A DNA stretch of 37,530 bases, from the NCBI GenBank assembly GCA_035256645.1, contig DATEXU010000194.1, positions 1 to 37,530 of the forward strand, read 5' to 3'. Under the pieces are notes generated by a model that ran no database searches, was not told the origin of the DNA, and saw only the letters and a program-made list of their open reading frames with translations. Numbering within the stretch: the first letter of the stretch is position 1; every line of letters starts with the position of its first letter. Source of the DNA: Thermodesulfobacteriota bacterium. Its GTDB lineage: Bacteria > Desulfobacterota > WTBG01 > JAGOGO01. The position numbers and the translations under genes were made by a program. Positions 23,896-33,691 of this stretch are shown in pieces.

Positions 23896-26565
23896 TCATG
23901 CAGGGTGTGGATGAGTGCTAAGATAATTTTGAAGATGCGCTATGGTTTCGTCAACAACATCTGCCTGGATCACCACTAATGTATTAGGACGCAAAAACCG
24001 CAAACCTTGGTCGATCGCGTTGAGTGAACCATAAACCTCCATGATTTCCTTAACCCGCGCCGTGCCGTTCATGCCCTTGCGAAACAGACCGATAATTTCT
24101 CCTTTTTCCCGCCCCCGCATATAGTGACCTTCATAGAGAATAACCGAGTCAAACGCTTCACCAAGGAGTAATCCTTGAAGAATAATATCGGAATCACGCC
24201 GGTCGCCCGCGGTGGAGTAAACAATGGTTCGATGGGGCGACGAAAAATTATCAAGGGCTTCGATGATAGCTTCTAACGACGAGGCATTATGCCCATAATC
24301 AACCACCATGGTAGCGCCATTGAGCTTTACCAGATTAAACCGGCCCGGAACGTTGTCGATATCAGCGGTAAAGGATGCCACCGAGGCCACGATTTTTTCC
24401 AGGGGTATCCCCAAAGACCACGCCGCCGCGATTGCCGCCAAGGCGTTTTCGATCTGGAATCGCACTCTGCCGTCAAGGGTAAGGGGGACGCAGTCAAGCG
24501 AGACCAGGTGTTGCTCTTGATCTCCGTCGGCAAGGATAACAGCGTCATGTCGCATGAATACCGCGCGGCCGGATTTGCGGCGGTGTTCCACGATCACCCG
24601 GTGGTCTTCGTTGCAGGCAAAAAATACTACCCGGCCCGGACAGTAGGGTGCCATCGCTGCCACCAAAGGATCAGCGGCATTCAGCACCGCGGTGCCTGTC
24701 CCGGGTGTAACCGCTTCTACTACCGTTCTTTTTACCACCGCCAATTTTTCCACGGTGTCGATGTCATACTGATCGAGATGATCTCCTTGGCCGATATTGG
24801 TTACTACCGCGACATCGCAGAAATCAAACCCTAACCCTTCACGGAGAATACCGCCTCGTGCCGTTTCCAAAACTGCGGCTTCGACGACCGGATTCAACAA
24901 AACCCCCCGCGCGCTCTGAGGCCCGCTGCAATCCTCATTGTCAATCCGCCGTCCGTCTATGTAAACCCCGTCAGTGCACGCCATTCCCACCTTAAGACCA
25001 CTGCCGTTGAGGATATGAGCGATAAACCGTGTTGTCGTGGTCTTGCCGTTTACGCCGGTTACGGCAACGATGGGAATTCTTCCGGTTTCGCCTTCAGCAA
25101 ACAACGTGGAGATGATTGCCTCCCCCACGGGCCTCGCGATCCCGTGAGAAGGCTGGGTGTGCATCCGTAAGCCGGGAGCGGCATTAACTTCCACGATTGT
25201 TCCTCCCTGTTCTCCCAGCGGACGGCTGATGTCCGAAACAATCAGGTCGACCCCCGCCACATCCAAACCAACCACCCGCGCGGCATCAATCACGGCCGTG
25301 GCCGCCTCAGGATGAACCTCATCAGTCACATCAATAGCAGTTCCCCCGGTGCTGAGGTTAGCGTTGCGGCGAATGAGAACCATCATCCCCGCGGGAGGTA
25401 TTGACTGCACGGTAAGCCCCTGTTCGGCGAGCACCGCCATTGAAACCGAATCGAGGGGGATTTTACTCAGGGGAAGCGCGTGGTGATTGCCCCGAAGAGG
25501 GTTTTCATTCTCCTTCTCGATCAGCTCAGAAACCGTATGCGTTCCATCCCCAATCACGTGAGCAGGCTCCCTCCGCGCCGCGGCAACCAATCGATCTCCC
25601 ACCACTAACAGACGATAATCCTGCCCGGGAATAAATTTCTCAACCAGGACCGACGACCCTTCGGAGGCTGCGGAGGTATAGGCGGTAATGACCTCTTCCT
25701 GACACGTGAGATTCACGGAAACACCTCGTCCTTTATTGCCATCAAGCGGTTTGACGACCACCGGCAGACCAATGTCACTCGCCGCCGCCCAGGCATCTTC
25801 TTCATTGTGTACGATCCGGCCTTTCGGCACCGGAACACCCACTGCCTTCAAAAGCGTTTTGGTTACTTGTTTATCCTGGGCAATCTCTTCGGCAATCGCC
25901 TTGGTTTGATCGGTCTCGGAAGCAAGGATGCGACGCTGGCGAGAGCCGTATCCAAACATGACAAGACTGCCGGAATTAAGTCTGCGCACCGGGATTTTCC
26001 GGGCGCGGGCAGCTTCTACAATCGCCCGGGTACTTGGCCCCAGGCAAATATCCTGGGCGATATCCTTTAAGCGATTTATCTCGCGTGATATATCAAAAGG
26101 GATATCGTGAACTGCTGAAAAACAAACCTCTGCCGCTACCTTCAAACACTCTTCGGCGAGCGCCTCTTCTTCATATTCTATGGCAATTTTGTAGACTCCT
26201 TGCTCAGATGTTTCCCGGCTTTTCCCATAACCAACATTGGTTCCTGCTAAGGTCTGCAGCTCTAAGGTAATATGTTCCAAGATGTGAGCGAGATACGTGC
26301 CGTCATGCAAGCGAGCGAAAAACCCACCACGCTCACCGCGACTGCACCGGTGTTCGATCATGGTGGGCAACCAGGTCATAAGGCGTTCGTTAAATCCCGG
26401 TATCTCATTGGAAGGAATATCATTAAATTGTTTAAGGTCTACCCATACCTCGAGTACCGGGAAATTTGCCCAAATATTAGGGCCGCGCAGGGTCAGCACC
26501 TTACGAATTTCCATGAATGGTAAGGTGCTGATTCTACTGCTATTACTACCATCATCCTTGTCCAT
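23896..26565 (-). CDS. cphA: Cyanophycin synthetase
   Basis: N-terminal LTLRGPNIWANFPVLEVWVDL, an ATP-grasp region (VVVKPLDGNKGRGV) and a Mur-ligase-like region (VTGVNGKTTTTR). ATG 26565 is preferred (ggaaagga SD 5 nt upstream). The ORF track start 26580 is a TTG. Confidence 0.92.
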   Translation of the reverse strand: MDKDDGSNSSRISTLPFMEIRKVLTLRGPNIWANFPVLEVWVDLKQFNDIPSNEIPGFNERLMTWLPTMIEHRCSRGERGGFFARLHDGTYLAHILEHITLELQTLAGTNVGYGKSRETSEQGVYKIAIEYEEEALAEECLKVAAEVCFSAVHDIPFDISREINRLKDIAQDICLGPSTRAIVEAARARKIPVRRLNSGSLVMFGYGSRQRRILASETDQTKAIAEEIAQDKQVTKTLLKAVGVPVPKGRIVHNEEDAWAAASDIGLPVVVKPLDGNKGRGVSVNLTCQEEVITAYTSAASEGSSVLVEKFIPGQDYRLLVVGDRLVAAARREPAHVIGDGTHTVSELIEKENENPLRGNHHALPLSKIPLDSVSMAVLAEQGLTVQSIPPAGMMVLIRRNANLSTGGTAIDVTDEVHPEAATAVIDAARVVGLDVAGVDLIVSDISRPLGEQGGTIVEVNAAPGLRMHTQPSHGIARPVGEAIISTLFAEGETGRIPIVAVTGVNGKTTTTRFIAHILNGSGLKVGMACTDGVYIDGRRIDNEDCSGPQSARGVLLNPVVEAAVLETARGGILREGLGFDFCDVAVVTNIGQGDHLDQYDIDTVEKLAVVKRTVVEAVTPGTGTAVLNAADPLVAAMAPYCPGRVVFFACNEDHRVIVEHRRKSGRAVFMRHDAVILADGDQEQHLVSLDCVPLTLDGRVRFQIENALAAIAAAWSLGIPLEKIVASVASFTADIDNVPGRFNLVKLNGATMVVDYGHNASSLEAIIEALDNFSSPHRTIVYSTAGDRRDSDIILQGLLLGEAFDSVILYEGHYMRGREKGEIIGLFRKGMNGTARVKEIMEVYGSLNAIDQGLRFLRPNTLVVIQADVVDETIAHLQNYLSTHPHPA

Positions 26566-26997
26566 ACCAATCCTTTCCAAACACCAGTTAATGGAACTAA
26601 TTTCCCCGCGAAATCATCCCACCATAATTTTTTTTAATTAGACAAAAAGTAGGTAATTCACTTTATCGAAATTTAATACTTTTTCAAGGAAATTATAGTA
26701 AGCTTTAAAAAGAAACCTTCAAAAATATCGGGTTCTTTATGGGATAAAGGAAATTTTCTTTTTTTTGGCAAAAAAAATTATCCCCTGAAACATATTGATT
26801 TTAATTGGTTCTTTGTGTTTGATTTTTTAAAGCGGCTGGGTGGTTATCCTTGCTTCATTTGGCATAAATCTTTTTTTTAATTATTTTCAGTTGGTTAGAA
26901 CTCATAAATCAGAGGTCAAGGAAATTGAACCGTGTTTTAAAAAGTGATACTCTTGGTGGCAGACAAATTATGTCCCTATCTATCACAGGAGGCGAAG

Positions 26998-27714
26998 ATG
27001 AAAAAAACATCTCTTATACTTATCGGTTTTCTTTTATTTTTTGCTGCATCCGGTAATGCCGGCTTATTGGATACTATTAAGCAGGGCGCGGGGATTCCCC
27101 AGCAAAAAAGCTCGGATGATAGCACCATCGCGTCTGGCCTGAAAGAAGCCCTCTCCATCGGGACTAAAAACGCGGTAACGTCTGTCTCTCAAACGGACGG
27201 TTATTTTGGCAATGCGATGATTAAGATTCTTATGCCCGAAAAAATACAGAATGTTGCCAGTGTGCTGGGAAAGTTAGGCTACCAAAAACAGGTGGATGAC
27301 TTTATTCTCAGCATGAACCGAGCCGCGGAAAAAGCCGCTCCCCAAGCCGCGTCACTTTTTGTCGGCGCGATCAAGGAAATGACCTTAGAGGATGCCAAAG
27401 GGATCCTTACGGGTAGTGATACTTCCGCGACCGATTACTTCAAGAAAAAAACCTCGGATAACATTTATACGGCCTTCAAGCCGATTATTTCTTCAAGCAT
27501 GAATGAGGTCGGAGTTACCCGCTCCTATAAAACAATGATGGACAAATACACCGCCTTACCGTTTATGAAGTCACCGTCCCTTGACCTTGACCATTACGTA
27601 ACCAACAAGGCGATGGACGGTCTTTTTTATATGATCGGACAGGAAGAGAAAAAGATCAGAACCAACCCGGCGGCACGGGTTACCGACCTTTTAAAGAAAG
27701 TCTTTGGAAAATAA
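26998..27714 (+). CDS. DUF4197-domain secreted protein
   Basis: Start chosen at ATG 26998 (aggagg SD), giving the signal peptide [48 protein letters not shown] and [38 protein letters not shown] match the DUF4197 pattern. Confidence 0.8.
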   Translation: MKKTSLILIGFLLFFAASGNAGLLDTIKQGAGIPQQKSSDDSTIASGLKEALSIGTKNAVTSVSQTDGYFGNAMIKILMPEKIQNVASVLGKLGYQKQVDDFILSMNRAAEKAAPQAASLFVGAIKEMTLEDAKGILTGSDTSATDYFKKKTSDNIYTAFKPIISSSMNEVGVTRSYKTMMDKYTALPFMKSPSLDLDHYVTNKAMDGLFYMIGQEEKKIRTNPAARVTDLLKKVFGK

Positions 27715-27726
27715 AAGCAAAGCGCT

Positions 27727-27850
27727 CCCCCTACTCAATGAATAAAAAGGCCTGATTTTTTTCTCAGGCCTTTTTTGTTTTCTGCATCCTTTTTATCAAC
27801 AACCCCGATCCGTTATTTTTATATCGACATTTACCTTGGTTAGAAATGAA
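27727..27850 (+). repeat. ~125-bp repeat, copy B
   Basis: Collinear with 18776..18900 in the same orientation, including the terminator hairpin and the tail caacaaccccgatcc...tcgacatttaccttggttagaaat. Confidence 0.7.
27744..27777 (+). terminator. Rho-independent terminator (bidirectional; serves the convergent DUF4197 and GT4 genes)
   Basis: aaaaaggcctga - tttttttc - tcaggcc followed by ttttttgtttt. Confidence 0.75.
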
Positions 27851-27866
27851 GGGCGGGTCGAAATTT

Positions 27867-28985
27867 TCAACACTTCGATTTCATCTTATTAAAAATACTT
27901 CCTTTCATCTTCTCTTTAAAAATTTTTCGGTCCCATTTCAGGGTATGATTCCTAATCGCCAGAGGATCAAATTCCTTTTCAATCGTAACAAACCTTTCGA
28001 TGGCATCAATGAGTGCATTACCATTCGGCTCATGAAAAAACAAGCCGGTGGGAACACTCCCCTCGGTTTTTTCTTTTTGATCATACGAGATGATCGTTTC
28101 TAATGCCCCTCCCCTGCCATAAGCGATCACCGGCCTTCCACTGGCCATAGCTTCCAACGGAACAATCCCAAAATCTTCTTCCCCCGAAAAAATCAGGGCC
28201 CGACATTTCGAATAGGCGTCAGCAACCACATCCTCCGGTAACCATCCGCAAAATTCAACATTCGGTCCAGCCTTCGCCTTGAGCCTTTTTTCCTCCGGAC
28301 CGGAACCGATAATTTTCAAAGGATAGCCCAACCGATTGAACGCCTCAACCGCCAGATCAATTCTCTTATACGGCGCCAGGGAAGAAACAATAAGAAAATA
28401 ATTCTCTTTCTGCTCGTGAATTTTAAATCGGTTACTATCCACCGGAGGATGTATTATCTCAGCTTCCCTTCGATAAAACTTCTTTATCCGATTCTCCACA
28501 TGTTTTGATATGCACATAAAATGATCTACCCGCTGGATCGAGGTCACATCCCATATCCGCAGGTAATGGATAAAAAACGGTATCATTCTATTTCGTTTTT
28601 CCCTGAAATACTCATCATACATATCCCATGCATACCGCATCGGCGTAAGCACATAAGAAATATGGAGAGCATCCGGTGGAGTAATAATCCCTTTGGCCAC
28701 GCAATGACTGCAGCTCAGGATAAGGTCATACCCTTTGAGATTGAAACTTTCTATCGCCATCGGGAACAAGGGAAGATATTTTCGGTAACCCTTTTTCGAA
28801 AAAGGGAGATTTTGAATAAAGGACGTCTTAATGGGCATTCTTTCGATACAAGGAGAAACAGAACCCGGCACGTGCAACAAAGTGTAAAGATCAGCTTGGG
28901 GAAAAAGTTCGCAAAAGATTTCAAGACACCTTTCCCCTCCCCGCATACCCGTAAGCCAGTCATGGATAATGGCTACTTTCACCAA
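27867..28985 (-). CDS. Glycosyltransferase family 4 (GT-B)
   Basis: 372 aa. N-terminus VKVAIIHDWLTGMRGGERCLE. EX7E-type region GEEDFGIVPLEAMASGRPVIA. Confidence 0.85.
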   Translation of the reverse strand: MVKVAIIHDWLTGMRGGERCLEIFCELFPQADLYTLLHVPGSVSPCIERMPIKTSFIQNLPFSKKGYRKYLPLFPMAIESFNLKGYDLILSCSHCVAKGIITPPDALHISYVLTPMRYAWDMYDEYFREKRNRMIPFFIHYLRIWDVTSIQRVDHFMCISKHVENRIKKFYRREAEIIHPPVDSNRFKIHEQKENYFLIVSSLAPYKRIDLAVEAFNRLGYPLKIIGSGPEEKRLKAKAGPNVEFCGWLPEDVVADAYSKCRALIFSGEEDFGIVPLEAMASGRPVIAYGRGGALETIISYDQKEKTEGSVPTGLFFHEPNGNALIDAIERFVTIEKEFDPLAIRNHTLKWDRKIFKEKMKGSIFNKMKSKC

Positions 28986-29031
28986 CGCGTTATCTCCTTT
29001 TTACTCTTCCTGTCTCTTGCCGGCAGTCTCT

Positions 29032-30009
29032 TTACGATTTTCTTTGCAAGAGCCTCAGATCGTTTTCAACCATCTCGTGAACAAGATCGCTAAACCGGTA
29101 GTTGTTGTTCCATCCGAGTTTCAATCGCGCTTTGGAGGAATCGGCCACGAGGTCGCAGATTTCACGTTGCCGGTAGTACATCTGATCGGTGACGACAAAC
29201 TCCCTGAAGTCTAATCCTAAAGCATCAAACGCGGTTGTGGCGAATTCCCTCACTGAGTGGCCCTCACCGGTACCGACCACATAGTCTTCAGGAGAATCAG
29301 CCTGTAACATCATCCACATCGCCTTAACATAATCTTTCGCATGGCCCCAGTCTCTTCTGGCATCCAGGTTTCCCAATCGGAGTTCCTTGGCCAACCCAAG
29401 TTTGATTTTTGCGGCATGCGACGATATTTTCCGCGTTACAAACTCAAAGCCCCGGCGGGGAGATTCGTGGTTATAAAGAATGCCGTTGACCGCAAACAGA
29501 CCATAGGCCTCCCGATAATTTCTGACCAAATGATACCCGGTAAGTTTGGAAATACCGTAAGAGGACCGCGGTCTAAAGGGCGTGTCCTCATTTTGAGGCG
29601 ATTCTTTTGTGTTACCAAACATTTCACTGGAAGCGGCAAAGTAAAAGCGGCATGAAGGAACGATCTCTTTTATCACGGAAAGCATATTATGGATGTCATT
29701 GATATTGGTCAACAGGGTAGAAAACTCGTCACTAAAAAAATCCGCGACAAAACTCTGGGAAGCAAGATGGTAACATTCATTTGGCTCGACTTTCTTGACA
29801 ACAGTGGAAACGCTGGGATAACTGTCAATTGACCCTAAATGAATGCTCAGGCGGTCCATAATATGGATGATCCGTGACATCCGGTGTTCGGGATCTTCAA
29901 TGGCCGAGCGCCGCACAATGCCATGAACTGCATAGCCCTTTTCAAGCAGAAATTCCGCGAGATAACTACCGTCCTGCCCGGTAATACCGGTGATCAGTGC
30001 TCTCTTCAT
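29032..30009 (-). CDS. gmd: GDP-mannose 4,6-dehydratase
   Basis: 325 aa. MKRALITGITGQDGSYLAEFLLEKGY.VHGIVRRS, YGISKL (YxxxK), LYNHESPRRG.FVTRKI. Confidence 0.92.
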   Translation of the reverse strand: MKRALITGITGQDGSYLAEFLLEKGYAVHGIVRRSAIEDPEHRMSRIIHIMDRLSIHLGSIDSYPSVSTVVKKVEPNECYHLASQSFVADFFSDEFSTLLTNINDIHNMLSVIKEIVPSCRFYFAASSEMFGNTKESPQNEDTPFRPRSSYGISKLTGYHLVRNYREAYGLFAVNGILYNHESPRRGFEFVTRKISSHAAKIKLGLAKELRLGNLDARRDWGHAKDYVKAMWMMLQADSPEDYVVGTGEGHSVREFATTAFDALGLDFREFVVTDQMYYRQREICDLVADSSKARLKLGWNNNYRFSDLVHEMVENDLRLLQRKS

Positions 30010-30025
30010 CTGATCTTTTCCCCTT

Positions 30026-31156
30026 TTACGTACCTAAACATTCTTCAAAAATTTTAAGATGCTCTTTTGCCGCCCTTTCCCAGCTGAAAAGCTTCGCTCT
30101 CTCGAGTCCCTTCGCTCTCAGGTTTTGCCTCATCACCTCATCCGTGAGCACCTCATGTATTCCCTGAGCGATGCTTTCCACATCATAAGGATCAACATAC
30201 CGTACTGCATCCCCACAAACCTCGGGAAGGGAACCCGCCCTTGATGTAACTATCGGACAACCGCACGCCATGGCCTCTAAAGGAGGCAAACCAAACCCTT
30301 CGTAAAGAGAAGGAAAAATAAAAGCCGCTGCCTCGGAATAAAGGTGGGGCAAATCCTCCTCAGGCACATAGCCCAAAAAAATAATTTTATCCTTTACTAA
30401 AAGCTTGTCAACCCTTTTCTCGATACCCGGATAAAAGTGAGGGTCTTTCTTGCCTCCAATGACAAAGGAGAGGTCGGTTAGATTCAACCGAGCAAATGCC
30501 TCGAGGCTCCTTTCCAGGTTTTTGTAGGGCCTCATGTCCCCGATATAAAGCAGATAGTTTCCCAGGCCATACCGCTTTTGCACCACACCCTTTTCCCGCG
30601 GATAAAACCTCTGCTTATTATATCCCTCAGAGATCACATAGATGGGTTTGTCCTTAATCGAATAGTAGGTAATTATATCCCGCTTCGTGTTTTCAGAAGT
30701 GCAGATAACGGCCCGCGCTTTCTTTAAAAGAAGCGGCACCGTATAATAAAAATAATATTTCATCCTCGGGTACATCTCCGGATATTTCATGGGTAAAATA
30801 TCATGCATCGTTATAATCTGTTTCAAAGGGGAGAACAAAATGCCCTCAGGAACAGTAGAATACAGTAACGATGCATTTTGTCTTCTTGATTTAAACGGCA
30901 GCATTGTTTGTTGCCAGAGAACCCTCATCAAATGCCCCGTGAACCCCAAAGCAGGTGACGTAAGGGGACTCACCCGGGTTACCTTTTCAGGATACATCTT
31001 CTTTAAGGCAGGAGAACTTGAATATACAGTAAAATCATAGTCGCACTCGGCCTTCAGTAATTCGAGAACCAGCTCATGGGTGTAGACTCCCAGACCGGTG
31101 GGGTTTTCATGGCCAAAGGTGGCATTGATGGCGACTCTGCTCTTATTGCCTTTCAT
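30026..31156 (-). CDS. Glycosyltransferase family 4 (GT-B)
   Basis: 376 aa. FPSLYEGFGLPPLEAMACGCPIVTS. 4-nt overlap with the upstream flippase gene. Confidence 0.88.
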   Translation of the reverse strand: MKGNKSRVAINATFGHENPTGLGVYTHELVLELLKAECDYDFTVYSSSPALKKMYPEKVTRVSPLTSPALGFTGHLMRVLWQQTMLPFKSRRQNASLLYSTVPEGILFSPLKQIITMHDILPMKYPEMYPRMKYYFYYTVPLLLKKARAVICTSENTKRDIITYYSIKDKPIYVISEGYNKQRFYPREKGVVQKRYGLGNYLLYIGDMRPYKNLERSLEAFARLNLTDLSFVIGGKKDPHFYPGIEKRVDKLLVKDKIIFLGYVPEEDLPHLYSEAAAFIFPSLYEGFGLPPLEAMACGCPIVTSRAGSLPEVCGDAVRYVDPYDVESIAQGIHEVLTDEVMRQNLRAKGLERAKLFSWERAAKEHLKIFEECLGT

Positions 31157-32415
31157 GGAGTGATCGTTCTCACTACCCGGGATAATGTTTCTCTGGCTGC
31201 GGTAATTGAGGAGCGTAAGACATCGGGCTCCCTCCTCAAAACGAAATAACCGCAGAGCGCCGCAACGAATATTTCGGTGGCTAAGGTAGCCCAGGCCGCT
31301 CCAACCGCGCCCCGGAGGGGTATAAGAAAATAATTGAGTATGATATTTAACCCTGCCCCCAGGAGAGCCGCCAATAAATAGAGCTTGTTCAGGTCGAGAG
31401 CGACAAGGGATTGGGTCGTTAAATGACCAAGGAAAACCGGGAGAATGACTAAAGCGAGCGTCTGCAAAACCGCTATGGAGCCAAAAAAATTCGGTCCGTA
31501 GACGAGCCTTATCAGACCCGGGGAAAACAGATAAAGCGCAATTGATGTCCCTAAACCAATACCTCCCAGGATAAAAAGGAGTTTCCCGAATATCTCTTTA
31601 AACCTGTCCCGCTTGGCAAGCATGGGAAAAAACACGATCATGATGATGCTGGGTATAAAGAAAACCCCTTCCATAATCCTATAGGCAACATTGTATACGC
31701 CCACCTCCATATCACCTCTCATCATTCCCAACATCACGCTGTCAATTCTAAAATAGATGAGCCAAAGAAAAGCAATCCCCCCAAGCACAACCCCCTCTTT
31801 AATCAAATTATTATACCTCAGAAGATCCGTTTTACTTTTTAAAATCTCCTTCAACTGTGGCCGTGATATAACGAGTAAAAGCACTATTCCAAAAAGAGCA
31901 GAACACGATAAAGTCACTGATCCCAGCAAGGCATTCCTGAATCCTAAAAACCAAAAGACGAACAGTAATCCCAGGGCAGAGATCTTTTGAACCGGGACAA
32001 TGATGCCCTCAAGTTTCATATTTTCAATGCCTCGAAAAAATGCAAAGATCACGTTTTGAAAAGAGATTATTACGAAATAAGGAAAAAGCAGAAAAAGCGC
32101 ATTGCGATCAACCTTCAAAAACAAAGAGGCTATAAAAAGGAGAGGAAATGCGGTTAAAGCCGCAATTAGCCTAATGATGAACGCCTTTTTTACCACATCC
32201 ACTTTGCCCCGACTTACCCATTTGGCAATGATGATATCTAATCCCATCTCGACCAGGGGCTGAACGATAATAAAGGAAAGGGCCAAAGCAAAGGAAAACT
32301 TCCCATACTCTTTAAGACCGATGGAGAGGGGAAGCAATAAATAAAATAAAAAGATCGAAACCTTGCCGATCCCCTGTCCAAAGAATTGCCATCTGAGATT
32401 CTTAGCTGCCTTCAT
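31153..32415 (-). CDS. Wzx-like polysaccharide flippase (MOP superfamily)
   Basis: Polytopic membrane protein with about 12 or more hydrophobic segments. The N-terminus MKAAKNLRWQFFGQGIGK is typical of Wzx/RfbX. ATG 32415 is preferred over the track start 32475 because it reduces the overlap with the upstream gene to 14 nt. Confidence 0.75.
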   Translation of the reverse strand: MKAAKNLRWQFFGQGIGKVSIFLFYLLLPLSIGLKEYGKFSFALALSFIIVQPLVEMGLDIIIAKWVSRGKVDVVKKAFIIRLIAALTAFPLLFIASLFLKVDRNALFLLFPYFVIISFQNVIFAFFRGIENMKLEGIIVPVQKISALGLLFVFWFLGFRNALLGSVTLSCSALFGIVLLLVISRPQLKEILKSKTDLLRYNNLIKEGVVLGGIAFLWLIYFRIDSVMLGMMRGDMEVGVYNVAYRIMEGVFFIPSIIMIVFFPMLAKRDRFKEIFGKLLFILGGIGLGTSIALYLFSPGLIRLVYGPNFFGSIAVLQTLALVILPVFLGHLTTQSLVALDLNKLYLLAALLGAGLNIILNYFLIPLRGAVGAAWATLATEIFVAALCGYFVLRREPDVLRSSITAARETLSRVVRTITP

Positions 32416-33691
32416 GCTGAGAGTTTCCCGCCTCGGCCAGAAAATAAAGCCCGATAGTTGTAAAAGTAAAATCATGCATAAAAAAGTCCACCATTTGGGA
32501 CGCGAAAATCATAATCAAAGGAATTCCGATAATCGGACAATACAAATCCGCTCTCTTAAGCAGACTATAAATAAAGACAAGGAATAGTAAGAGACCGGGA
32601 ATCCCCAACTCAACCAGGAGATTTAAAAACAAATTATGCGTGTGATAACCTTCTTCCTTACGAATCCGCTTTCCGATAATCTTTTCAAACACCTCTATCC
32701 CCACACCGGTGATGGGTCGTTTTCTGATTTTCATCAGCGCTGCTTTCCACAACACAAATCTTGACGTTGATGTCCGCCGTGGAGTAAAAAATGCCGGGCT
32801 TTTGAGTTTTTCTACTACTACCACCAAACTTTTTTTCCTTAAATGCTTCTCCAGAGGGACCACTTTGCTCCCTCTTATCCCCAATTGATGAGTAGAAACG
32901 GGAAAAAACAAAATACAAAAAACCAAAAAACCCACAATAAAAAAACCCTTTCGTAATGTGATCACCTTATAGAGCCATGCCAGAAAAATCCCTGCGGGCA
33001 GAAGAAGCCACGAATTTCTGCTGGCTGCGAGAGCAATCACTATCGTGAACAGAAAGAGACCCAGATAAAATTCAAAAGTCGAAATAAATTTCTCTTTACG
33101 CAATATTAATCCCAGAAGTATTCCGATACCCATAAGAACCCCAAGCTGGTTAGGCCACTGCATGAGGGAGCTGATTCGGGGATATACATCCAAGGAATGC
33201 GGGGACCTAAATAAGGGAAAAAACCATAGATCATGAAACAAATATTCTACGATACCGAATACAGCGAGAAGTATCAAAAAGCGAAGTATCCAGCGATAGT
33301 AGGAAAACGGTTCTCGTTTATTATGTGTCAGGATTAAAAAAGCGACCAGCACGATGAAGTGGATGGAATACTTTACACTATACGTGAAGGCTATACCGTG
33401 AAAGTTACTAAAGAGCGCCGAAACCCACATCCAGATATAGAACAAAAATAAAAAAAACAATGCCTGGCGATGATATCTTAATGTTTCTTTGCATTGCCCT
33501 AAATTGAGCGCAACCAAGAGAATTGCGCATAGAGGGAGTAAAAGATTATACACGCCATAGCCAAGACCAGGAAGCTTCACGTGTACAAAAAGCGAAGAAA
33601 ATAGTAAGAGCACAAAAACCATCTTACTGGCCTGCAAAGAACTTTCTCTGCAGGCCTCAGGAAACATCCTCAAGGGTCTCGCCGCGTTCAT
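32402..33691 (-). CDS. O-antigen ligase/polymerase-like (Wzy_C domain) membrane protein
   Basis: 429 aa, polytopic. YHTHNLFLNLLVELGIPGLLLF matches the Wzy_C/O-antigen-ligase signature. Confidence 0.75.
   Translation of the reverse strand: MNAARPLRMFPEACRESSLQASKMVFVLLLFSSLFVHVKLPGLGYGVYNLLLPLCAILLVALNLGQCKETLRYHRQALFFLFLFYIWMWVSALFSNFHGIAFTYSVKYSIHFIVLVAFLILTHNKREPFSYYRWILRFLILLAVFGIVEYLFHDLWFFPLFRSPHSLDVYPRISSLMQWPNQLGVLMGIGILLGLILRKEKFISTFEFYLGLFLFTIVIALAASRNSWLLLPAGIFLAWLYKVITLRKGFFIVGFLVFCILFFPVSTHQLGIRGSKVVPLEKHLRKKSLVVVVEKLKSPAFFTPRRTSTSRFVLWKAALMKIRKRPITGVGIEVFEKIIGKRIRKEEGYHTHNLFLNLLVELGIPGLLLFLVFIYSLLKRADLYCPIIGIPLIMIFASQMVDFFMHDFTFTTIGLYFLAEAGNSQHEGS

Noticed and set aside
24289-26641. 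Long + strand ORFs inside cphA (for example 24289..24834, 181 aa; 26297..26641)
   Set aside because: The G+C-rich antisense strand of a well-supported gene commonly stays open. The translations are Arg/Pro/Gly-rich nonsense.
26860-26877. Sigma54-like TGGCAT in the cphA / DUF4197 divergent spacer
   Set aside because: The -12 element (TTGC) is absent at the correct spacing, since only a T-run follows. The nearby tggcag has the same problem.
26944-26997. Upstream GTG start of the DUF4197 ORF
   Set aside because: ATG 26998 has a strong aggagg SD and yields a canonical signal peptide. The extra 18 residues of the GTG start add nothing recognisable.
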